Part shown: piece by piece, positions 1-11,200 of the stretch
How positions within the stretch are numbered: the first letter of the stretch is position 1
How the letters are laid out: every line of letters starts with the position of its first letter
Origin: Schizochytrium sp. TIO01
Lineage: Eukaryota > Protista > Bigyra: Labyrinthulomycetes
Assembly (NCBI GenBank): GCA_004764695.1
Contig: SMSO01000031.1
Span: 6,616,761 to 6,680,760 of the forward strand
DNA: 64,000 nucleotides
Reading direction: 5' to 3'
Notes under the pieces: generated by a model
Database searches by the model: none
What the model was told of the DNA's origin: nothing
The model's input: the letters and a program-made list of their open reading frames with translations, nothing else
Program-made: the position numbers and the translations under genes

Positions 1-118
1 GTTCACGACGTGGTGGGTCAGCTACAGCCGGTGAATGCGGTTTCCACTTGGCATCTCGCAATGCGATGAAAGAACATGACTAAACGTTGTATACTCTCCG
101 TGCACTAAGACACATACA

Positions 119-346
119 TTACGAAGAGGCCTCGGTCTGCTCGCTTGGAGTGGCCTCAGAAGAGGAGGACTTGCCCTTCGGGTTGCGGGACTTGACGTTG
201 TCGTTCCAAGATTGCATTTCCTCGGAGGAGAACGAAGCAGAGTTCTGCTTTTGGTTGTCATACTGCGTCCAAGCGTACATGGCGGCACCTGCAGTGGCCC
301 ATGCAGCAATGTTCATGGGCTTGAGCTTGAAGAGATCCCGGATCAT
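119..346 (-). CDS. Small hypothetical single-pass membrane protein (75 aa)
   Basis: ATG-initiated ORF with one hydrophobic/aromatic segment (NIAAWATAGAAMYAW) and a polar tail. GC3-rich codons resemble the clearly expressed genes in the window. Confidence 0.55.
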   Translation of the reverse strand: MIRDLFKLKPMNIAAWATAGAAMYAWTQYDNQKQNSASFSSEEMQSWNDNVKSRNPKGKSSSSEATPSEQTEASS

Positions 347-1636
347 GGTGAAAAAAACACAAGAATTTAAGCTAGCTACAAGCTATATGCTCCAAACAAG
401 ATTGCCCCTTTTTCAAAGACAAAGACCTTCTCTCAAGAGCTTCTAAGCAACTTTGCTGCAATCTCTCTCGAACCCTTTTGCGTCTTTTGCGTCCAGAAGC
501 TCTTTTCGTGAAGCGCTGCCAGGATTAAACCCACCTTAATCCACATGTAGAACTCTGTATGTAGATATTTATGTAGTAAGGTGGTAAATTGTTCCATCTC
601 CACCTTGTTCTATTTGTTTTGTTCTTTCTTCCCTTGCACTTTCCTCAGAACCCTCATAAATGCCGAAACTAGTTTTCATTCGTCTGAGAACTCAGTTGGG
701 TGAATTCAAAAGCGCACATCATCAGCATTGGCAGCTACCGTGTGGTCCCTGTGTCGAGAGCCACCCCAGATGAAATACTAGATATTTATGTATGTGTAGA
801 TGTGTGTAGATGTATTGGGATTTTTAATACATTGAGCGGCCTGGGTTCATCTTTGGTCTTGCTAAGAAATGCAATTCTCGTAGAGCAGAATGGCTTTGCG
901 GGAGTATTTTGCACGTGCTTATGTTGTATTTGAAGCAAAGCTCGCGTCATAGATTTATAGCGCAGATCCACGAACTCGATGTAATATGATAAAGCACGGA
1001 CATGAGCTGCGTTGATGAAAATCACGTGTGGAAAACCTTCCGATCAGAATCATGCAAAAGAACACTATTCCCCGATGCGACGACTTCGGAAGAGTTTTCA
1101 GAAGTTCATGTGCACAGCCCATGTTCGACCACCACGTGCGACTGCTTGTTTATTAACCACCTCTGCGCAAACCTACTCAATGATACATCCGAGTTGCAAA
1201 CTTTTGAGAGAAAGAGCCGAAGAAAGAGGAACTGCGAAGTGCAAACACATTAGTGCCACGAGGTGACATGTCTTAGGGACATATGGCCTTTTCGATCACC
1301 GGTGACTGAGACAAAGATCGTGAGGTGTGTAGCAGTCAAGATATAGAGACACGGCTTAGAAGTTCATAAGATGATGTCCCTACGTGGTAGTAGGTAGGTT
1401 GTAGGTAGGTACTGTGCTGTGTACTTTTCCAAGTACGCTCTCTTGCTTGTCTCGAAGGATGACAGCTTGATGAGATGGACCTGCAAACCTTATTTGGTCG
1501 AGCTCTGGCAACGCTCTTTAAGAAGTTACGCGATTGAGGAGACTTTGGCAGGTTGACGAACAGCGGAAGTTCGAAAGCTAGGGTTTGACTTGGCGGGCTA
1601 ACAGGTGCACAAGGGGGTGTGAAGACTTACGACAAG

Positions 1637-4600
1637 ATGGGGTCTGCCAGAATAAAGCAGGTTATTGCATGCATTCAAGACTATGGGGAGGAGGTAAAGT
1701 AAGTTTGGCATAAGAATGCTCTTGATTTATCAATGACGTGTAACACTAACCTTGCAAATTGATTTGCTGGCATTCGCAGTCTTTCTGGAATTCAAGTCAC
1801 CCACGAGGATGCATCTGCTCTAACCAAGGCCATCGCAGATTCCCGTCGACTTCGCCGTGTCTAGTAAGTTTCAAAGCAACCTCATCTCAACAAAAATGAC
1901 CAAGAGTTATACTAACAGTGGGGGGTTTCCTATATTCAGTTTGGATAATATCCGCATAGCGACTACCGATGTATTCCATCTAGTAAAATCTGTTCAAGAG
2001 AATCCACAGCTTGTTGAATTCCAGTAGGTTTCTAAAGATAGTGCGTTCGTCAAGAAACATTTACGCTAACTATAATGCTCACAGGCTTCGGGGAATAAAT
2101 ATTGATGCTGAATGTGCCAAGGAGCTGCACGAGCTACTTGTTAAATGTCGGAGTCTGAATACTTTACAGTAAGTCTTTCACAAGCCAAATTGCCCGAAAA
2201 TACATCTTCTGGCGCTGCAGGAAGTCTTGCAAAGTTCTAACATTAAATCATAGACTGAAAGACAGCTATCTGGATGTTCCTTATGTGATGCTTCTAGCAC
2301 CAGGCTTAGATGGCTGCCAACAACTACGTGTTCTGGAGTAAGTTATTTCGCTAAGGTTCATATCGTATTCATTGATTAATTAGTCGTACTTACAAATTTC
2401 TCACCTTAGTTTGGGAAACAATCAGCTTGGTGCGGACGGTGCTCTGGGATTTGCTTCTGCTCTGAAGTCTACCTCAAAATTGATTGTGCTTCGGTAAGTT
2501 TGAAGTATTTGCATAAATTTACATGCTTAGTCTAACATAATCTTCGAACGGACAGACTTGGAGATAACGATATTGGTAGCGAAGGCTGTATGGCTCTTGT
2601 GAACGCCCTGTTGGCGATCCCTGGCCTTATTGAGATTGAGTAAGTTTGGTTGACTTTTTTTTCTGGACATTCGAAAAGTGAATCTAACTTGTCTTTGCTT
2701 GGTGTAGTCTTCGAAATAATCAAATAGGCCCTGAAGGTGGCAAAGCACTTGCTACATTGATCAAAACGCCTTTAAGAAATCTCAGGCGCCTTGAGTACGT
2801 TAAATAGAAGTATTGAGTTTGATGCTAAAAGCAATCGTGACTAACACGTCTGCGATAAACAGGCTAAGTGATAACCAAATTGGTCCAAAGTCTGCTATGG
2901 AGATTTTCAAAGGGCTGCAAAACTGCCCCGATCTAAGCTCTCTATTGTACGTTGAATTCAGCATTGTGGATACGCTAAATTATTTAACTATGACTATCAT
3001 ACACTAACAGGGGCTTTTGGAAATATTATTGCAGTATGTCAAATAATAATGTTGGGCAAGACGCAACAGCAACTCTTGCTGTTACGCTCAATCGGTGTCG
3101 TGACTTTTCAAACTTGGAGTAAGTTTTTTTCGCTTTGCTAATTATTCATGATTAGTAGACAAGAAATCTAACATCACTTGAATGTTGTAGCCTAAGCGGA
3201 AATAACATAGGACGCTTGGGAGGCATGGCCATTGCTGTCCCATTGAGATCGTGTGGTAGCTTGTCCTACCTGCGGTAAGTTACTAACGAAAAGAGGTGAG
3301 AGAAACGATATTTCATCACACGAACTAACACTATCATCATTGCAATATTGTTCTTTTCATTTCTAGCCTGGACGATAATAATATCGGCGAAGAGGCTGGC
3401 ATGACTCTTGCACGCGCACTCGGGTCCTGCAAAAAGTTGACTTATATATCGTACGTTGACGTATAGCGCACGCTTCTTGACTTTTTGAGAACTAACTTGT
3501 ATTGACATAAACACAGCCTCCAGAACAACGCAATCGGGCCTGACGCAGCATGTACTCTTGCTGCTTCACTTCGAAACTGTGGGGACTTAACACATCTACT
3601 GTACGTTGCGAGATCAAATAAATCTTTTGGGGCTATCAATCGAAACTAATAAAAGGCAAATGCGAATATGAAGTCTTTCCAACAATAACATAGGAGCTCG
3701 TGGAGCAAAGGCACTCGCAGGCACCTTCAGCAATTTTGATGGTAGGAAACGACGAAAGTAAGTAATCATGCAGAATTGAATCGATTGTTTTCTAACAGGA
3801 TGCTAACTGTCTTCATACGTTGAATATGGTATCAAAAAGGCTTGGGCAAGTTTTGAGAGGATATTGGGGACTACAGGCAATTGTGTAAGTTGAAGACGCC
3901 CAAAGATTTCTTGAAAAAACTTCTATCAGTTTCTGACATCCTCGACGGAAATATAAATTCGATATATATAGACTAAATCAAAACCAGATTGGGCCAGACG
4001 CAAGTACCCAATTTGCGCAAGTTCTGAAAGGACATAAAGACCTTCGCTCTATAGGGTAAGTTAACCTTTAACAACTCCTTCCTTGCTTTCTCGGGAAACT
4101 GTATTTTGGGAAACTAACGAGTAATGGTACGCTGATAGTTTTGGAAATAACAACTGTGGTTCAAAAGCAGCATCTGCATTTGCAGAGGTTATTCAAGGTT
4201 GTGAATACCTATATGCTTTAAAGTAAGTCCTAACCCGGTATGAATCCGTCAGAAACGCGGTATTCTGTTCTAGTATGCTAACTCAATCGAAAACATCAAT
4301 GCAATCAAATCATACAGTCTTGAAGACAATAACCTTCCCGCAGGGAGCAGTCAAATGATAGCTCGCGCTTTGAATGTATCCACTTGTCTAGAGGTTTTGC
4401 AGTAAGTTCTTCGTCAAGTTTCAATAATTAGAAACAGTTTATGTAATTGAACTTTTACTCACTCGCTCATTGCTTACCTTTTGAGCTTCAGTTTTGGAGG
4501 CAATGATTTGGGAGTGAACGCAGGACCAGCCCTCGCCAACTCTCTTCGCAGCTGTACAAAGTTGACCCAAGTCTCGTAAGTTCAACACAGCTTGCTACAA

Positions 4601-7600
4601 GGTTGCCACGCTAAAATACTAACTGTCCTAGGATAAATATAGCATTCAAAACACCAACATTGGAGCCCCAACGGCAATAGCTCTTGCCGAGATACTTAGA
4701 AACTGTTGCACCTCGTCAAAGCTAGAGTAAGTTAGTATAAGGTTAACGATTACGCGTTTTTCGAAAGAAATAATGCTGACATATACTTGCGTACATAGTC
4801 TGAGAGGCAACGACTTTACTCCAGAGGCGATTCAGATATTACAAAATATTGTTGAGGAGTCACAAACGAAAGTCAACCTTGTGTAAGTTTTTCTGTCAAG
4901 AGCGTGTAATTCGAAAAGTAAACTGACCTAGTAATCTTACTTTCATGATCTTTTCAGCCTGAATGATGAAGAGAAAGATGAAGGCAACCAAGAGCGGCTT
5001 ACAAGTGGCAATGATAATGATGATGATGGTGATAGTCAATCAGGTCACCAGCTGCTCGAACTTGCCTCTTCTGTATCAGAAAACCTCGATGCGCGATCTG
5101 ATGTTCTTGAGGATGATGTTCTCAGCGGAGGACTAAGCGAACCTCAAAGCTTCCATGGAGACTGTGATCGGGGTATTTGCATACTTGATAGACTTTCCTC
5201 CGATATTGCCTTATTTAGAGTAAAGCAGACCATATCTCATCTCAACGAGGACATTGCTTTACTTCGCGAGTCCATGTCCGACGACTTATCTGCTGCAATT
5301 CGAATGCTGCAAGCAAGAAGTGCCGACAAACGATGGATTCTACAAAAGATGAATGAATTCGAAGATTTTCAAACTCAACTTCGAGGAAGCAACAAGATTA
5401 ACCAAACATCACGCTCCATCAGAGATCGCGATGCAGCTCGCAAAATTTTGAATGACGATCTTTGCAAATATGTTGCAAAAACACCACAGTATGAAGCTGG
5501 TACCACATCCCTACAAACTTTTCTGCAGCGTCTAAGATCTCGTCTTGAGGAGCTAGGGTTGGATGAGAACGATAAGATGGAATCTGAGATGCTCGATGCC
5601 GACCTCAACAGTATAGTAGAGACAGCACAACAGAATGTCCATGCGACCTTGCATGGGCCGGTCGCAACTTGGATATCAGGCCACGACGTTGACGTTTGGA
5701 CGGGTCGCAAGAAGCAGGCCTTGCAAACCTTGTCCTCACGTGTCCAAGACCTTGGCTACGGTGATCCCTTTTCAATGCTAGTTCTGGCAAGATCAACTTT
5801 CACGCAAGGCCTTGACACAGAACTGCACAAGCTTCAAGAGGTTCTTGAAGGTGAGTGTCGTGTTTTGCGTCGCCAAGCTGGTGATAAAGAACCCACAAAG
5901 AGTGTCCATCACTCACTGAGAGTGCTAGAGCAAGCTCTAACTCAGGCCTTCGATGCATGTAACTCCAAGACGGGTCTCGAGCAGAACAAAGGCACTATCG
6001 AAGAGCTCCATCGATTCATTTTCACCGGAATGCAGCATCCCGATTGTACAACGCTCGAAATGACCATCGAAAAGTTGGGGCAATATCGAGATTGTACCGA
6101 AGATCTTCGACATTTTCAAAGCCGGCTAGCACGGCCTAAACCAGGTGCTAACCGACAAGACATCGAGAATGAGATTCAAATGTGTCAGAACATTATTGCA
6201 GGGACAGATGCTCGTCTGCTGGGGGAGACAATTCGGTATGAGCGTTCTATGTTACTCCGTTTTGCTGGAGATCACTATCCAGAGTTATTGCATGACGAAA
6301 CTTGGCAAACAAAAATCGGTATTACAAGCCCTGAGTATTTGGGTATTTCAAAGTGTGGACTGTGGCTCAGTGAGGCGCGCATCGCAGATTTTGAAGTCAT
6401 ACAACAGTTATCTCTGCACGAGGGTCGCTATGTTGCACTAGTGCGTGATGTGGATGGTCAAGAGATTGTCTTGAAACGCTTTTCACTTGCCGATCCCAAG
6501 ATGACAGCTCAGTTCATCCGCCAAGCTGAGGCACTATCACGAATTCACTCCAACCATGTCATTCAAATCGCAGGTATCTTTGTGGACACAAGTGTTGACG
6601 GCATAACATTTGGTTGCGTTCTAATGCCTTACTATAGACGCGGAGATTTATCGAGATGGCTCGCTGATAATCTGCACGCAAATGATGAAACGCGAAAGCG
6701 TCTTGCCATTGGTATTCTTAATGGAGTTAGGGAAGTGCATCAGCATGGTCATGTTCACTGTGATATCAAGCCCGCGAACGTCTTCCTCTCTGAAAATCTG
6801 ACTCCTGTTTTGGGCGACTTTGACGGTGTTCAGGAAGTGGACCGTACAATATCACGCAATCTACAAGGCACCCCACGATACCTAGCGCCTGAATTGATGC
6901 AGGAAGGCTCCAGACACACCACACCTATGGTAGACATGTATTCCATTGGCGTACTGCTAGAGGACCTGTTCCCGAATCCTAGTGAGGCCACCGTTGATCT
7001 GATTACATCATTAAAACAACCAGAACCATCGCAACGCCCATCCGCAGACGAGGCACTTAGTCACCGCGCCTTCAACACTGCATCGGTTCCTAGCAAGACA
7101 TGCATTTTATGTCTTGATGACGATGCTTCTGCGCTCTCTGGAGTAAGTTGTGGCAATGGTCATTTTGTTTGTGAAGATTGCCTCTCCAGAGCTGTCCAAT
7201 CAGCCACAGAACTACAGTCTTCAGTGCACGTTTCTGACAATGGTGCTATGGAATGCTCCGTGGAAGGCTGTGGATCTTCATTTCATGGGACTGATATTGC
7301 CCAACACGTCTCATCAGACATCTTCGAGGCCCTGATTGTAATCGTACGAGAGCGAGCAGCAAGGAAGGGCAGAAAAGATTGTAGAAGAACGAATGCAAGC
7401 AATGATGCTTCTTGACAGTCTCACCAGGGACGCAGAGCGTCATCTGAAGTTCATTCGAGATCGAATTCTTTCAACTTGTTGTCCGCACTGCCATGCGGTA
7501 TTTAGCGACTTCGAAGGTTGCTGCGCACTGAAATGTAGTAACAGTGAATGCAAGTATTACTTTTGTGCATGGTGTTTGGATTATCCGACAACAAGTACTC

Positions 7601-7845
7601 AGGAGTGTCATCAGCATGTTGCAACATGCCCTGGTAATGTAAGTCGAGATCAGGATCCGTTTTACCCGGAAAGCTTTGAATGTGTTGAAGAAGCTTGGAG
7701 AGGTTTGCGAGCTAAGAGAATTCATAAATACTGGGAAAACAATATACCAGAAGGTGATGTACGCGAAATGGTCAGAGGGAAGCTTACACCATTATTGACG
7801 GCCGATATCGTTGGTCCTGGATTTGTCTTACCGAATGATGACTAA
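1637..7845 (+). CDS. Multi-exon LRR - helical region - protein kinase - RING - RING2/IBR-like protein (gene A); 1-nt frameshift near 7367-7369
   Basis: Hand-spliced exons: 1637-1698, 1780-1863, 1940-2023, 2085-2168, 2254-2337, 2410-2493, 2556-2639, 2708-2794, 2863-2946, 3035-3118, 3191-3274, 3367-3450, 3517-3600, 3674-3757, 3840-3884, 3972-4055, 4139-4222, 4318-4401, 4492-4575, 4643-4726, 4799-4882, 4958-7415(7845). All 21 introns are GT(A)-AG, 61-95 nt and phase 2, and most have a CTAAC/CTGAC branch site. The spliced frame is open and joins ORF 5274-7415. Exons encode ribonuclease-inhibitor-class LRRs (LxxNxIGxxGxxxLAxxL). Kinase motifs: IVLKRF, HCDIKPANV, GDFDG, GTPRYLAPE. RING: CILC..CGNGHFVCEDC..CSVEGC. 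The +1 frame (7393-7845) encodes CPHC..FEGCCALKC..CKYYFCAWC. Confidence 0.88.
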
Positions 7846-8239
7846 ATGATAAGACCCACAGATCGATCAAATTAACCCATCAGGGTTGATCAAGGACTTC
7901 GAGATCAAGACGGTTTTACCACTTGATCAAGAGCAAAATCAAATCCAAATTGAGGAGAGCCAAATGGTTGCTTTTGCAGCAGTTATGTTTTTTGGTGGTT
8001 TGATCAGTATTTAGGTTAATTACTAATTAATCGATTAAGATGCTTTTATTCAGGACGAGAATGCTAATGTCAACAAACATAAGCTTCGCGGTTTTGAGAG
8101 CCACTTGAAGTCTACGTTTTGAAGCTGTCGATGCATATTTGCACAAGTGTTCAATAGTTGAAATACGCCTATAAATTATCTGTTAAACCGTCAATTGGTT
8201 TGATGAATACGATGAAGAAGGAAATGTTTCGATTTTGTT

Positions 8240-11200
8240 TTACCGAGAGTTTGATCCTCTAGGATTTGCTGATTGATAGCCGCATTGTTGGAGAAAATAA
8301 GCGGTAGCATTTGTAAGACCCTCCCAGGCCTTTATTGCACCTAAAAGTGCATGAACATAGCTTGAATCTCCCTCAAATATTGTATTTGACAATTCATCAA
8401 ACTCGTCAGCAGACTGCATCGCTTTCGATAGAATGTTTAGAAGGGCTGGTGTCCTCAGTACAACGAGCCTCCTAAGCTCCGCGCTTCCGGGGAAGTATAC
8501 AAGAGCACCTCTATCATGCATGTGTGCTAGCATTTTACGTACAGCTCGATGTGGTACTCCGCACTGCGTAGTAGCAATAGAAAAGACATGCTCTTCTGAT
8601 AGAAAATTGCGATCTGTTTTATACATTTCATGAAGGCATAAAGACCACCGTAGGGATATCTTTTCCTTCACAATTGATTGCAAAGCAGCAGTAGATGCTA
8701 AGCATGATCTTAGAGCGTAACAATGCGAAAGATCGACACGATTAGTATTATCGATCGGGAAGAAGCTCAGGCGCTCTTTGCGATTTGTAATTATTTTCAA
8801 GCTGGGCTCAGAGCTGATTGCAGGCATAAGAGTTCGCTCGATGGCACGATGGTACTTTTGGTCAGAAATTGTATCGAGATGTGTTCCAACAAGAACAACA
8901 GTTGCTCGAGAGGCTTGTGTTCGAATGAAGTAAAGCTGAAGATATATGGCTTCTAGGGCGGTATCTTGATCATCTAAATGATCCAATTCTTCCATATCAA
9001 TGACGTCTTCAAGAAGAGCCTTCCCATATAATTCTCGCATGTCAAAAACAAGAAGATAGAGACCTCCAGAGGAAAAAAAGAGACGATGTAAGGGAAAGAA
9101 TTCTTTCGTTCCGCCATATTCCCATATCATCAAACTTACTTCCTCTTGCAACTTGCGAGTTTGTTTTTGAGCCTGCAGCCGGGCCTCGGCATCGTACAAT
9201 GTGGAGAGATATTCTGTTGTGAGTTGAAGGGTCGATTCACTTGAGGATGCAATTGAGCTACCTTCCTCCAGCGTTGTACTTTCTGAAGAGGAACGGCGTA
9301 AAGACACAGCTGATTTAACCGAATCTCGTATCCGACTGCTACGTTGACGCAAGAGGGTTTTGTGCCTGTATTTTCGGTCCGAGAGAAGACGTGAAAGGTC
9401 AGAGGATACTATATCCGCCTGAGTTATCCAATCTTGGGCCCGAACAAGTTGAGTTTGCACACCATTTGTTGGAATATACTCTGGAACGTAGGGTTGTCCA
9501 AGCAAGGTTCGGATGGTAGAGGTTTTCCCAGAGTTACACTTTCCAACAACCATGAGTTTGACTCTTGCCCACGTCGCACTTTTGTCACGCAAGAGGGCAT
9601 CTAAAGCATACTGTCCAAAATCACTCACTTCTTGTCTGATCTCCTCGAAGTGTGCATCAATGCGGAGTGCAAGGTCATCTGGAATATCGACATCGAGTCT
9701 GAACGTATTAAAAAGGGGTGTCAGTAACCAAAGTCTAGGTAAAACTTGAATTAGGGAACTTACGAAAGAGTTTGAAGGCTGAGGTTTAACTCAACAGCAT
9801 CTGCAAGGGCTAAAACACCTTCGGCATCAATGTTTGTATCGATAAGGCTATCCCCCCCCCAAAAAAATACAAAAAAATACAAAAATAAAAAAAAATCGAC
9901 AAGGAGCACCACGACGAGTGCAATATTGAATTATAAAACAACGCGTCAGTCTCTCAGTTCTTAATCGATATTAAAACTGCAATACTTACTTCAGAACTTT
10001 CAGGGTAGATGTATTGCCACGGAGAGCAGATGCAAACACACGGGCACCCTCGTTGCCAATGTGGTTGTGTTGAAGACTGCTTACAGAAAAGGCCAAGCAA
10101 ACGTCAGAAATCTGCATCCGCGTCTTCACAGCAGTCTGCTTTATTCAAAAAACCTACAGTAGACTTGAGAGTGTATCATTATCCTGAAGTAGGGTTGCGA
10201 GCTCAACAGCACCTTCAACACCAATATTATTACTTGCAAGCCTGTATTTATTCTCATGTGAAAAATATACCAAGATGAAAGGTGAGCCAGGCGTGTTCAA
10301 TGAGTCGATGTTCAAGCAGATAGTACCTACGATAAGGTTTGAAGAAATCGATTTTCCAGCAAGGCCCCCGCAATGGCACACGAGCCTTCGTCACCAACAT
10401 TGCAATCTTGCAGGCTATTCAATTGGGGTCAAGAAAATGTCAGTATCAGATGTCATTTCTAAGTTTTTAGCTTACATTAAGGTCAACGGATGAAACTTAC
10501 CACAGTGTTCTCAGACTTTGATTCACTCGTATACCTTCTGCGAGTGCCAAAGCACCTTCAGATCCAATGTTACAACCCGAAAGACTATGTTTTAATAGTA
10601 TCGAATAAGCAAAACCGAAATGATCATGGGTTTTAAATTATCACCATTAGCAAAAACAGAAAAGAAAAAGTGAGTGATCCTGCGAAGCAAAAAACCAACT
10701 GGGGCAACAAGAAAAGCATTAAAAAATTTACGTACTCAAGAAATTCAAGAGACTTGCTCTCTCGGAGAGTATCTGCAAGAGCAAAACAGCTGTCTGCCCC
10801 AATTTCATTGTTACATAGACTGTATTTGATGCAAAGAATACGAAAGTTATATGATTGAGTCAACATCCAACTCTCATCTCAGTAATTTATCTTTAAGTTC
10901 TGGCAGACACTTACATCAAAGTTTCTAAAACTGTGTTATTGCGCAACGCCTCTCCAAGAGCCATGCAGCCCTCAGCGACAATCTTATTGGATTTGAGACT
11001 ATTCGGCACGGGTTAGAACTGTCCTTCTGCGGTTGTAATTAAAAGTCGATTGCGATTAATTGAAATAAAGTATAACTCACTCCAGTATACGTAACGACTG
11101 GTTTTCTCGCAAGCTTGCGGCAAGCGCTCCAGTTCCTTCGTTTCCAATCAGGTTATTTTCGAGACTGTCAATTATGCATGAGAAAGGCGAGTTAGAGTTT

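Noticed and set aside
2527-3639. Short ORFs listed across the gene A LRR region
   Set aside because: They are antisense or intron read-through fragments of the spliced LRR gene.
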